Origin: Candidatus Omnitrophota bacterium
GTDB taxonomy: Bacteria; Omnitrophota; Gorgyraeia; Zapsychrales; Fredricksoniimonadaceae
Length of the DNA stretch: 64,000 nt
Assembly: GCA_903908245.1 (NCBI GenBank)
Contig: CAIVRE010000007.1
Span: forward strand, 4,984 to 68,983
Direction: 5' to 3'
A program made the position numbers and the translations under genes. Of the stretch, positions 49,254 through 58,500 are shown one piece after another. Positions within the stretch are counted from its first letter, which is position 1. Each line of letters begins with the position of its first letter. Under the pieces are notes generated by a model, which made no database searches, had not been told where the DNA came from, and was given only the letters and a program-made list of their open reading frames with translations.

Positions 49254-49364
49254 TCGTATTGTGGGAACTTCGAATTGCCACGACAGCCCATCAGGCTGAC
49301 GGACAGTTCAAAGTTTCTGAATCTTTCGGTGAAAAATTCAGAAAGAAAGCCAAAGGGGAATGCG

Positions 49365-50798
49365 GTGAAAGCATTAAAAGTGGGTTTGATCGTTTTTGTT
49401 ATTTTCTTGTTTATTGTTCTTGCCGGTGGTTGGATATTTTTAAGTACGCTGGATATCAACCGTTATATCCCTCAAGTGGCTGATGCTGTTGCCAAGGCCA
49501 CTGGCCGTCAGCTTAAGATCGGACACGCCGGGCTCGGGTTTTCTCTTAATAAAGGGGCGGTCCTGGAATTGAATAATGTCAGCTTGTCGGATGACCCGCG
49601 TTTTTCGGGTAAGTCTTTTGTAACGGCCAGCCGGATCGTTCTTTCTCTTGACCTGCGGTCGGCGTTGGTTGAAAAGAGTATTGTTATTTCAGATGTAACT
49701 ATTATAGCTCCCGAGGTAACAGTTATTCGGGCCAAAGACGGCAGTATTAATGCCGCGACCATTGGCGCGCCGGCGTCTTTGCCCGCGTCCTCTTCTGCAA
49801 AGTCTGCGGCTGTTCCATCAGCCATGGCAACAGCCCCGTTGCCGTCATTGCTGGTCAAAAAATTCCAGGTCAATGGCGGGATCATCCATTATTACGACCG
49901 CCTTTTTGATCCGCCGATAATGCTGGATATCGAGAAGGTTTCGCTCGATATTAGGAATTTTGCGTTGAATGCCCCTTTTGATGTTGTATTAAGCGCAGCG
50001 GTATTTTCCGCTGAGCCGAATCTTTCCGTATCTGGCCGTGCCGGTGTCGATATCGTCAGGCTTATGGCGAGGTTGACGGATGTAAAGGCTTCGCTCGTGT
50101 TTGATAAGATGTTGCCCGCACGGTTGAACGAGGCTCTGCCTATGATCAAGCCTGCCGGATTCAGGCAAGCGAAAGGTTCGCTCAATGTTCAGGTGAAAAA
50201 GGCAGTGCTTGATGTTAAAGGTGTGCAGGAATTTGATGCCGAAGCGGTGGTGGACGCCACGGATGCGGTCCTGGAGGGTGTTAACATCTTTGCGGCCGGA
50301 TTAAATAGTATTCCGATGTTCCCTGATCTGGCCAACACAGTGCTTGCAGACCTCCCGCCTGAAACACAAGAAGATATCAGGCGAGGGGTCACGACTGTTG
50401 ATCGCCTGGAGGTGTTGATGTCGGCAGGTCCGGATATGTTAACGGTGAAAAAGGCGGAAATGTCAACACGGGACCTGGCTGTTTCCTGTGATGGCGTGGT
50501 CAGGCTGGCGGGAGATCTGGGGATATCCGCAAAACTTTTTATTGCGCCGAAACTTTCACAAGTGCTGGTGAACAAAGTTCCGGATCTCGGCGGGTTGATG
50601 AAGGAGGATGGCCGTGTTTATATTCCTTTTTCGGTCAGTGGTCCGATGATCAAGCCAAAGGTCATGCCGGATCTTGATTATCTGACAAGGAAATTGTTGC
50701 TTGGACGGGGAAAGCAGGAGCTTGAAAAGGTGCTGGGGGACCCTGCCGTTGGAAAAGCGGTCGGGGAACTCTTTAATACTATTTTTAAGGGTAAATAG
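49365..50798 (+). CDS. AsmA-family protein
   Basis: N-terminal TM then D.NRY.P.V...V..ATGR.L.I, I.AP.V.V.R.KDG..N; C-terminal IPF.V.G...KP.V.PD; GTG 49365 after AGGGG preferred over TTG 49275. Confidence 0.8.
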   Translation: MKALKVGLIVFVIFLFIVLAGGWIFLSTLDINRYIPQVADAVAKATGRQLKIGHAGLGFSLNKGAVLELNNVSLSDDPRFSGKSFVTASRIVLSLDLRSALVEKSIVISDVTIIAPEVTVIRAKDGSINAATIGAPASLPASSSAKSAAVPSAMATAPLPSLLVKKFQVNGGIIHYYDRLFDPPIMLDIEKVSLDIRNFALNAPFDVVLSAAVFSAEPNLSVSGRAGVDIVRLMARLTDVKASLVFDKMLPARLNEALPMIKPAGFRQAKGSLNVQVKKAVLDVKGVQEFDAEAVVDATDAVLEGVNIFAAGLNSIPMFPDLANTVLADLPPETQEDIRRGVTTVDRLEVLMSAGPDMLTVKKAEMSTRDLAVSCDGVVRLAGDLGISAKLFIAPKLSQVLVNKVPDLGGLMKEDGRVYIPFSVSGPMIKPKVMPDLDYLTRKLLLGRGKQELEKVLGDPAVGKAVGELFNTIFKGK

Positions 50799-50825
50799 CT
50801 GTTTTTGTCCGTTTTGTTTTTTTTC

Positions 50826-50854
50826 TTGTCATTGACGGAGAAAGTGGATATACT
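50826..50854 (+). promoter_or_regulatory. Sigma70-type promoter
   Basis: TTGTCA-17 nt-TATACT upstream of the PilZ gene. Confidence 0.5.
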
Positions 50855-50884
50855 AACTCGAATTTCCGTTGGAAAGGTTTTGGA

Positions 50885-51289
50885 ATGATAAAAGATCAAG
50901 GGTTGCGCAGGCATTCTCGGGTTCGCGATGATATTCCCGTCCGCTGGTATGTTGATCAGCTTAGCCTTGAAGGAAAAGGCATTTTAAGGAATATCAGTAT
51001 TTCCGGGGCGATGCTGGAAACAAAGGCCATGATCGCTGTTGAGAACGCCCCTCTTGTTATGCTTAAAGCGCTTGAATCTGGCGAAAGCATATTCGTGCCT
51101 CCGTTGGCCAGAATGGTCTGGGGTAGGATGGCGAGGGCGGGAGGCGGGTATTTTTTTTACGGGCTGGAATTCAAGGATCCTTCCAGCGCATATTTGAATG
51201 CTCTTGCATCGCGCGTGGAAGCCAAATCGAAAAGCGCGCAGTTTGGTTTAGGTTCCGGGATAGCGGATACATCCTGGGATACTCGTTAA
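50885..51289 (+). CDS. PilZ domain protein
   Basis: RRHSR and NISISG motifs, VW, YGLEF. Confidence 0.85.
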   Translation: MIKDQGLRRHSRVRDDIPVRWYVDQLSLEGKGILRNISISGAMLETKAMIAVENAPLVMLKALESGESIFVPPLARMVWGRMARAGGGYFFYGLEFKDPSSAYLNALASRVEAKSKSAQFGLGSGIADTSWDTR

Positions 51290-51322
51290 TGGCGGTATAT
51301 TAAGGAAGATCAAAGGGGCGGT

Positions 51323-52048
51323 ATGTCAGAGAATATGATCAGGAACAATAAATTCAGGATTATTTTGTGGGGTTTGGCTGCGTTGTTATCGATCGTTAGT
51401 TTTCTGATATTTGTTTTCAATTACCGCATCCTGGAAGAGACGGTGGTCTCTTCTGAAAAGACCGCGGTGGTCCAGTCGAAGAATTACCGTTATGTGGCCA
51501 ATGAATATAAAGTGACCAAAGTGGCGCTGGATGATGCGAATCAGAAGCTGGTGGACCTTACCAAGGAACTGGAGCAGGCCAATAATGATCTTACGTTGAC
51601 ACGCAGTGAGCTTTCTTCTGTTCAGCAGGTCAATGACCAGCTGAAGGTCAGTATTGCGGTTCTTGAACGGTATAAAGTCCGGGCAGCCCAGAAGGGTGAG
51701 GGCCTGGAGTCGATGATCTCCGCGTTCAAGAAGAAGAACAAGAAAATGGACCTTGAACTTCAAACCGTGCGCAAAGAACTTGCGGTTTTTGCGCCGGATA
51801 TTTCCGATGAGAGCGAGGGCCGCGCGAAGGTCCAGATGTTCAAACAGCATATTCGCATGGTCAAGAAGAATATCAGTATCATTCGTCAGGCCGCGTATGA
51901 AGCTCGCGTGGCTGCACAGCAGGAGCATGACAGGCTGGAAGCGGCGTATGGTAATGGCGGGTTCATGGTCAAGAATGGCCAGGACAAATCGGTGACGACA
52001 TACGGTCAGAAGCGGCTGGACCTGGATGTCCGTTTTATAAATAAATAG
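51323..52048 (+). CDS. Single-TM long coiled-coil hypothetical protein
   Basis: N-terminal TM followed by heptad-patterned helix. Confidence 0.7.
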   Translation: MSENMIRNNKFRIILWGLAALLSIVSFLIFVFNYRILEETVVSSEKTAVVQSKNYRYVANEYKVTKVALDDANQKLVDLTKELEQANNDLTLTRSELSSVQQVNDQLKVSIAVLERYKVRAAQKGEGLESMISAFKKKNKKMDLELQTVRKELAVFAPDISDESEGRAKVQMFKQHIRMVKKNISIIRQAAYEARVAAQQEHDRLEAAYGNGGFMVKNGQDKSVTTYGQKRLDLDVRFINK

Positions 52049-52072
52049 ATCAGCGGGCAGGCCGGTATCTTT

Positions 52073-52117
52073 AATCCCTATTCTTCAGATCCCGACCGGG
52101 CTCTGTGAATAGGGATT
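52073..52117. terminator. Stem-loop, possible terminator
   Basis: Perfect 11-bp arms aatccctattc/gaatagggatt with inner caga/tctg and ccc/ggg; U-tract weak. Confidence 0.4.
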
Positions 52118-52148
52118 CATTTTGAAAAGGATTGTTCATAAGGGTTGA

Positions 52149-52370
52149 ATGACGCTGAATATCAGGGTTTTCCCGGGAGCGAGAAAAGATCTTTTCAAGG
52201 ATGAAGGCGGCCTGGTTAAAGTCTACCTCACGGCCCCTCCGCTTGACGGACGCGCCAATGAAGCGCTGGTCAAATTCCTCGGCCGTCATTTTGATGTGCG
52301 GATTTCTTCAATAGAGATAATAAAGGGATTGAAATCAAGAAATAAAGTCATTAATATAAAGGATTTATAG
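52149..52370 (+). CDS. DUF167 (YggU) family protein
   Basis: V.P.A, KV.LTAPP.DG.ANEAL..FL...F, G.KSR.K. Confidence 0.88.
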   Translation: MTLNIRVFPGARKDLFKDEGGLVKVYLTAPPLDGRANEALVKFLGRHFDVRISSIEIIKGLKSRNKVINIKDL

Positions 52371-52395
52371 GCTGGGGTTTGTAATAAAAAGGGAG

Positions 52396-52851
52396 ATGTG
52401 TATGTTGGAAGAGAGGATCAATAAAGACTATATCGAGGCCATGAAGGCGAGGGATCAGGTACGGTCCGCGGCATTGAGTTATTTGCGTGCGATGATCAAG
52501 CAGGTCAAGGTGGACAGCCGCCTTGAATCCCTGGATGATGCCGGCGTCATTGTGGTCATAAAAAAGCAGATCAAGCAGCGTCAGGATTCTATCGAGCAGT
52601 TTGAGAAAGGCGCCCGGGCAGACCTGGCGGCCAAGGAGAAATTCGAGATCGATCTGATGAAGGCGTACCTGCCACAGGAAATGAGCGAGGCGGAATTAAA
52701 GTCCGTTGTTGCGTTGGCGGTTGTTGAGTCGGGGGCTGTTTCCGTGAAGGATATGGGGAATGTGATCAAGCTGGTCCGTGAAAAAGTGGTAGGCCGCGCG
52801 GACGGAAAGCTGGTGAGTGATCTGGTCAGGGAGAAGTTATCCGCACTTTAG
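52396..52851 (+). CDS. GatB/YqeY domain protein
   Basis: AMKARD, KQRQDSIEQF..G.R.DL, YLP, DMG.V, GRADG..V. Confidence 0.92.
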   Translation: MCMLEERINKDYIEAMKARDQVRSAALSYLRAMIKQVKVDSRLESLDDAGVIVVIKKQIKQRQDSIEQFEKGARADLAAKEKFEIDLMKAYLPQEMSEAELKSVVALAVVESGAVSVKDMGNVIKLVREKVVGRADGKLVSDLVREKLSAL

Positions 52852-52859
52852 GCCCCCGC

Positions 52860-53657
52860 ATGTTAAAGGATATCCGGTTTTGGGCGGGGTCTGCTTTTGC
52901 AGTGGCGGTCATTTTCCTGGCGTGCTGGCTGCCGGGGAAGTTTGTGGTCCCGGTGCTGATGTACCATAGTATTGGCATTGCCGGGACAGAGCGTGATCGC
53001 GCCAATACGGTCAGCCCAGGATCGTTCGACCGCCAGATGCGTTTCATTAAAGAGAGCGGGTATCGGGTATTAACGGTAGATGAGTACGTGGAGATCACGC
53101 GTTCCGGGGGCAGGTTCCCGCCCAAGAGCGTGGTCATTACTTTTGACGACGGGCTTCTGGATAATTTTACCAATGCCTATCCTGTATTGATCAAATACGG
53201 GATCCCGTCCGCAATGTTCGTGCCGTCTGCGTATGTGGGCCAGGTTAACAGCGGGTGGGGTCAGCCGCAGATGAGCTGGGATCAGCTTCGCGCCATAAGC
53301 GCGCATGGAGTTACCGTCGGGAGCCATACGTCGACGCACCGGTATCTTCCGGAAATAAGCCCTGATGCGGCGCGTGGGCAGATCGTTGACAGTAAGGCTG
53401 TGTTGGAGGGCAAGCTTGGCCGCAGGGTTGATTATTTTGCGTATCCTTCAGGCGGTTTTAGCGAAGGGATCAAGGCCATGGTCCGTGAGGCAGGGTATAA
53501 AGCGGCTTTTACCACGAACCGCGGGGAAGATCGTTCGAACCGGGACCTTTATGAATTAAAGCGGATCCGGCCCAAAGATACGGATGGCAGCATTGTTTTA
53601 TGGATGAAGTTATCCGGGTATTATAATTTGATACGTGATGCCCAGAATCCTTATTAA
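52860..53657 (+). CDS. Polysaccharide deacetylase (CE4) family protein
   Basis: VLMYH, ITFDDG, GSHT.TH, FAYP.G. Confidence 0.9.
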   Translation: MLKDIRFWAGSAFAVAVIFLACWLPGKFVVPVLMYHSIGIAGTERDRANTVSPGSFDRQMRFIKESGYRVLTVDEYVEITRSGGRFPPKSVVITFDDGLLDNFTNAYPVLIKYGIPSAMFVPSAYVGQVNSGWGQPQMSWDQLRAISAHGVTVGSHTSTHRYLPEISPDAARGQIVDSKAVLEGKLGRRVDYFAYPSGGFSEGIKAMVREAGYKAAFTTNRGEDRSNRDLYELKRIRPKDTDGSIVLWMKLSGYYNLIRDAQNPY

Positions 53658-53684
53658 GTTTTAATATTTGAAAAGGAAGCCGCA

Positions 53685-56600
53685 ATGACAGGGAAAGAAC
53701 AATACGTTTTGCAGGATGACGGCAGTTTTGTTATCAGGGATTATCATCAGACGAAACCGTTCTCCAATTTCTTTCCCGGGATCGCGGGTGTATGGGGCAC
53801 GCCGATGTGGGTGTTCACGGCCAATCGCGGCCAGGGTATCGCCAGTTTTGGCATTGAATCTAAAGATAAGGCGATCCTGGAGTTTCAGCCTGCGAATAAG
53901 GCCTATCAATTGACCGCCACGCATGGGTTCCGGACTTTTTTGAAAGTGGAAAAGAAAGGCAAAAATTTCTTTTACGAGCCTTTTCGTTCACCGGAAATCC
54001 AGGCATACAAGGTCGCGCAGCGTATGATCATTTCCTCGCATGATCTCACGATCGAAGAGGTCAATACGACGCTTGGCCTTAAGGTTGCGGTGAATTATTT
54101 TACGATCCCCGAGGAGCCATTTGCCGGATTGGTCCGCCGGGTGAAAGTCGAGAGCATTTCAAAGGCGCGGGTTGCGGTCCAGATGATCGATGGGCTTCCG
54201 GCCATCATTCCTTTCGGCCAGAACGACTGGGTCATGAAGAACATGTGCCGTACGATCGAAGCCTGGTACAAGGTCCGTAATTTGAACAAGCATGCTCCCT
54301 ATTTCCAGCTGGATGTGGAGTCCGCGGATACTCCGCAGACGAAGCATATCAAAGAGGGGAATTTTTATTTTTCTTTTGATCCTGCCGCGCGGCCGGGTTC
54401 ATTGCTTGACCCGGTGGTGGAACCATCTCTGGTCTTTGGCCAGGCCTCAGACCTGATCTTTCCGGCCAGATTCATCGCCGAGAAGGACTTCTGTTTGCCT
54501 TCCGTTCAACAGACCGATAATCGTACGCCGAGCGCGATGACGTTGGTCAAGTTCACCCTAGGGCCTGGTGCGGCCAAAGAGATCGTGAGCGTGACGGGTT
54601 TTGCCCGCAGCCTGGCAGAGCTTAACGGGAATGTCCGGAAGGTTACAGCCAAAGGGTTCATTGCGGCCAAAGCGCAGCGCAACCGGCTTATCGTGGAAGA
54701 GATCAAGTCAAAGTCTTTTACGCAGAGCGCGTATCCCCGGTTCAACGCTTATGCCGGCCAGACTTTCCTGGATAATGTCATGCGCGGGGGGCTTCCTATT
54801 TCACTGAAAACGAGTGAAGGCCCGGCGGTATTCAATGTTTACAGCCGCAAGCATGGGGATCCCGAGCGCGATTATAATTCGTTCCGCCTTTCTCCGACAT
54901 TCCTTTCCCAGGGTAACGGGAATTACCGTGATGTTAACCAGAACCGCCGTAATGATGTGTGGTTCAACAGCGACCTTAAAGAGAGCGCTGTTGTGAATTT
55001 CTTTAGCCTGTCCCAGGCGGATGGGTATAATCCGCTGGTGGTCTGCGGAATGGCGTTCACGGCGGATGACGGACAGAAACTTGAGGAACTTTTAACCCGT
55101 GCGGTCAAGCGTGGTGATACAGTTGCGCTTAGGGCCTTTCTCAAGAAGGGCTTTATGCCCGGAGATCTTTTTATATTCCTTGCGGAACATGGCATTGGGC
55201 TCAAGGGTTCGCCCAGGGACTTTCTGACCGCCTTGCTTGGAGTTTGTCAAAAATTCGAGACCGCGCAGCACGGAGAAGGGTTCTGGGTCGATCACTGGAC
55301 GTACAATATTGACCTGGTGGAAAGCTATCTTTCCCTTTATCCGGAGGACCTGCGCCGGCTGTTCCTGGAGAACCAGGAGTTTTCTTTTTATCATAATACG
55401 GTGTATGTCCGTCCGCGTGATGAGCGTTATGTGCTGACCTCCCGCGGTGTGCGCCAGTATGATTCGCTGCATGAGGGGAAAGAAGACAAAGACCGCGGAC
55501 ACCGGTTGCGTATCCGCCATGGCCAGGGGGATGTTTACCGGACGAGTCTGCTTGTCAAGATGTTGTGCCTTATTGTTAATAAAGCGGCAACTCTTGATCC
55601 GAGCGGGATCGGGATGGACATGGAAGCGAACAAGCCCGGCTGGTACGATTCGCTGAATGGCCTGCCGGGGCTTCTGGGGTCTTCGATCGCCGAGACATTT
55701 GAGCTCAAGCGTTATGCCCTTTTTGCGCTGGATGCTTTTGACCGGCTTGCCTTGAACGGGAGCGAGGCTGTTTCCGTCTTTGAGGAATTGGCGTTGTTCC
55801 TTGAAGAATTAAAGGCGATCCTGGGTCAGGACCGTACGGATATTGATTACTGGAAGAAAGCCAATACGATCAAGGAAGAATATCGCGCAAAGATCCGTGA
55901 AGGCATCAGCGGTGTTGAAAAAGGGCTGACGGTTTGCGATGTCCGCAGTTTTCTTGAAGCGGTGGTGAGTAAAGTCGATGCCGGGATCAGGAAAGCCCGC
56001 CGTGTGGACGGGTTATTCCCGACGTATCTTTATCATAAGGTTATCAGGCATGAGCCTGTTGATGGCGTGTCGGTGGGAAAAGAAGGGCCGCATGTCCGTC
56101 CGATCTCTTTCGAGCGCCATGATATGCCTCTTTTTCTGGAGGGTTTTGTGCATGCCCTGCGTTGTGACCCGGACCCGGGCAGGGCGCTGGTACTGCATCA
56201 AAGGGTTAAGAAGAGCGCCCTTTACGACAAAGAGCTGGAAATGTACAAGCTCAATGCGGATATTACGGGCGAGACCCAGGAGATCGGGCGGACCCGCGTA
56301 TTTCCCCGGGGTTGGCTGGAGAATGAGTCGGTCTGGCTGCATATGGAATATAAGTATCTTCTCGAGCTGTTGCGCCGCGGGTTGTATGAAGAATTTTATA
56401 AGGCAATGGATACCTGCTGCGTTGCGTTCATGCCGCCGGAGCGTTATGGCCGCAGTATCCTTGAGAATTCATCGTTCATTGTTTCCAGCGCGCATTCAGA
56501 CAGGTCTCTTCATGGCCAGGGGTATGTGGCACGCCTGTCCGGAAGTACGGCAGAATTCGTCCATATGTGGATGTATATGAACGCGGGGGCTGCTCCGTTT

Positions 56601-56951
56601 GGCATGAATTCGGATAATGAGATCGAACTTGCGTTGCGTCCAGCGCTTCCGGGAAGGTTTTTCACCAAAGAGGCTTCATCCGCCAAAGTTGTCTTGGATG
56701 GCAAGATTCTTGAGCTTTCTTTCCCGGCAGGGATTTACGCGTTTATGTTCATGGGCCGGACCCTGGTGGTCTATCATAATCCAAAGCGCAAGGATACGTT
56801 CGGTGTCGGGAAGGCGCAGTCGGTGAAAGTGGTTATCCGGTATTCGGCCAGGAAGAGAACGGTCACACTTAACGGCGCGGTCATTCCATCACCTTTGGCC
56901 GGCCATGTGCGCGAAGGCAAGGTCGCCCGCATCGATATTTATATGGAGTAG
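53685..56951 (+). CDS. Large glycoside phosphorylase, probably GH161 (beta-1,3-glucan phosphorylase-like)
   Basis: F.DN..RGG.P, YSRKHGD.ERDYN.F, SQGNGN.RDVNQNRR, DGYNPL, GEG.W.DHWTY, KPGWYD..NGLPGL, GWLENES.WLHM.YKY, RLSGSTAEF. Confidence 0.75.
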   Translation: MTGKEQYVLQDDGSFVIRDYHQTKPFSNFFPGIAGVWGTPMWVFTANRGQGIASFGIESKDKAILEFQPANKAYQLTATHGFRTFLKVEKKGKNFFYEPFRSPEIQAYKVAQRMIISSHDLTIEEVNTTLGLKVAVNYFTIPEEPFAGLVRRVKVESISKARVAVQMIDGLPAIIPFGQNDWVMKNMCRTIEAWYKVRNLNKHAPYFQLDVESADTPQTKHIKEGNFYFSFDPAARPGSLLDPVVEPSLVFGQASDLIFPARFIAEKDFCLPSVQQTDNRTPSAMTLVKFTLGPGAAKEIVSVTGFARSLAELNGNVRKVTAKGFIAAKAQRNRLIVEEIKSKSFTQSAYPRFNAYAGQTFLDNVMRGGLPISLKTSEGPAVFNVYSRKHGDPERDYNSFRLSPTFLSQGNGNYRDVNQNRRNDVWFNSDLKESAVVNFFSLSQADGYNPLVVCGMAFTADDGQKLEELLTRAVKRGDTVALRAFLKKGFMPGDLFIFLAEHGIGLKGSPRDFLTALLGVCQKFETAQHGEGFWVDHWTYNIDLVESYLSLYPEDLRRLFLENQEFSFYHNTVYVRPRDERYVLTSRGVRQYDSLHEGKEDKDRGHRLRIRHGQGDVYRTSLLVKMLCLIVNKAATLDPSGIGMDMEANKPGWYDSLNGLPGLLGSSIAETFELKRYALFALDAFDRLALNGSEAVSVFEELALFLEELKAILGQDRTDIDYWKKANTIKEEYRAKIREGISGVEKGLTVCDVRSFLEAVVSKVDAGIRKARRVDGLFPTYLYHKVIRHEPVDGVSVGKEGPHVRPISFERHDMPLFLEGFVHALRCDPDPGRALVLHQRVKKSALYDKELEMYKLNADITGETQEIGRTRVFPRGWLENESVWLHMEYKYLLELLRRGLYEEFYKAMDTCCVAFMPPERYGRSILENSSFIVSSAHSDRSLHGQGYVARLSGSTAEFVHMWMYMNAGAAPFGMNSDNEIELALRPALPGRFFTKEASSAKVVLDGKILELSFPAGIYAFMFMGRTLVVYHNPKRKDTFGVGKAQSVKVVIRYSARKRTVTLNGAVIPSPLAGHVREGKVARIDIYME

Positions 56952-56954
56952 TCA

Positions 56955-58043
56955 ATGGCGCATCGCACACCCCTGTATCAGCATCATGTTTCATTAGGAG
57001 CTAAGGTCGTTGAGTTCGGCGGTTGGGATATGCCTTTACAATATCCTGACGGCATTCTTAAGGAGCATGAGGCTAATCGCAAGGGCTGTTCTGTTTTTGA
57101 CTGTTCGCATATGGGGGAGTTTATTATTGATGGTGCGGCTGATGTCACAGGCCTGGACCGCATTGTGACCCAGTCGCTCAATGATCAGCCGGTGGGAAGC
57201 TGTCGTTATGGGTTTGCGTTAAACGAGCGTGGTGGAACGATCGACGATCTTATTGTTTACCGCCTGGCGGACAAGAAGTGGATGGTGGTCGTTAATGCCG
57301 CGAACATTGAGAAAGATGCCGCCCATTTTCGCGCGAATTTAAAGGGTCTTTCCGTTTTTAGCGATGTGTCTTTTTCCACTGCGAAGCTTGATGTCCAGGG
57401 CCCGTTGTCCCGGGAGGTATTAATGCCTTTGGTCAAGGGGATCGAAAGGCTGACGCATTATACTTTCGGCGAGTTTGATGTTCTGGGGGAGAAAGTGATC
57501 GTGAGCCGTACGGGTTATACCGGCGAGCTTGGATACGAGATCTATTATCCCTGGTCCAGGGCGTCCCGTCTGTGGGAAGCGGTCCTGTCAGACAGGCGTG
57601 TCAAACCCACAGGGCTTGGCGTGCGGGATGTTCTTCGGGTGGAGGTGTGTTATCCTCTTTATGGCCATGAGCTCAGCGAGGATATTTCTCCTGTGCAGGC
57701 GGGCCTTAGGCGATTTGTTGACGGAACGAAAGATTTTCTTGGCCGTGCGGCGTTGATGGAGGAAGAAAAGGGCGGGCCGGTGCAGAAATTGGTTTGTTTT
57801 CTTTCCAAAAGCCGGCGTGCGCCGCGTCAGGGGCATTTTCTTTATACCGCGGATGATGTCCAGTCGGGCGTTATCGCGAGCGGGACATTTTCGCCTGCGC
57901 TTGGGGTGGGCATCGGGATGGGATTTTTAAAAAAAGAGTTTACGAGCAATGCCAAAGAGATTATATTTGGTGATACAAAATTCAGGGAGCGTGCGGAGCT
58001 TGGTTCCCGCCCCTTTTATAAAGAAGGAACATTGAAAAATTAG
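56955..58043 (+). CDS. gcvT: Glycine cleavage system aminomethyltransferase T
   Basis: TPLY, FGGWDMP, FD.SHMG, RTGYTGE.GYEI, RD.LR.E. Confidence 0.95.
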   Translation: MAHRTPLYQHHVSLGAKVVEFGGWDMPLQYPDGILKEHEANRKGCSVFDCSHMGEFIIDGAADVTGLDRIVTQSLNDQPVGSCRYGFALNERGGTIDDLIVYRLADKKWMVVVNAANIEKDAAHFRANLKGLSVFSDVSFSTAKLDVQGPLSREVLMPLVKGIERLTHYTFGEFDVLGEKVIVSRTGYTGELGYEIYYPWSRASRLWEAVLSDRRVKPTGLGVRDVLRVEVCYPLYGHELSEDISPVQAGLRRFVDGTKDFLGRAALMEEEKGGPVQKLVCFLSKSRRAPRQGHFLYTADDVQSGVIASGTFSPALGVGIGMGFLKKEFTSNAKEIIFGDTKFRERAELGSRPFYKEGTLKN

Positions 58044-58055
58044 TTAGAGGACTCC

Positions 58056-58472
58056 ATGGAAATCATTGAACATTTTCTTTATACCAAAGAGCATGAGTGG
58101 GTCAGTATTGAAGACAATACGGGCACTGTCGGGATCACGGATTATGCCCAGCAGGCTCTGGGGGATATCACCTATGTCGAGCTTCCGGGAGTGGATAAGG
58201 ATGTCGAGCAGTTCGAGCAGCTTCTTTCGGTGGAGTCGGTCAAGTCTGCCAGTGATATTTTTTCGCCGGTTTCCGGCAAGGTGATCGAAGTCAATGAGGA
58301 CCTGGTGGATGATCCGTCCATTCTTAACCGTTATTGTTATGACAAGGGCTGGATCGTCAGGATCGAGATCTCCGACGCGGATGAGACATCCAATCTTTTG
58401 ACAGCCGATGAGTACCGCAATTACCTCGCAAGCCTGGACCGCAATGATAACGGGGAATCCCTCGAAGAGTGA
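58056..58472 (+). CDS. gcvH: Glycine cleavage system H protein
   Basis: HEW, VGITDYAQ..LGD, ESVKSAS (lipoyl Lys). Confidence 0.96.
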   Translation: MEIIEHFLYTKEHEWVSIEDNTGTVGITDYAQQALGDITYVELPGVDKDVEQFEQLLSVESVKSASDIFSPVSGKVIEVNEDLVDDPSILNRYCYDKGWIVRIEISDADETSNLLTADEYRNYLASLDRNDNGESLEE

Positions 58473-58500
58473 TCGCTGTTTAATGTAAGATCGCCGGAAT

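Noticed and set aside
56940-56960. Glycine riboswitch upstream of gcvT
   Set aside because: Only 3 nt separate gcvT from the upstream gene, leaving no room and no motif
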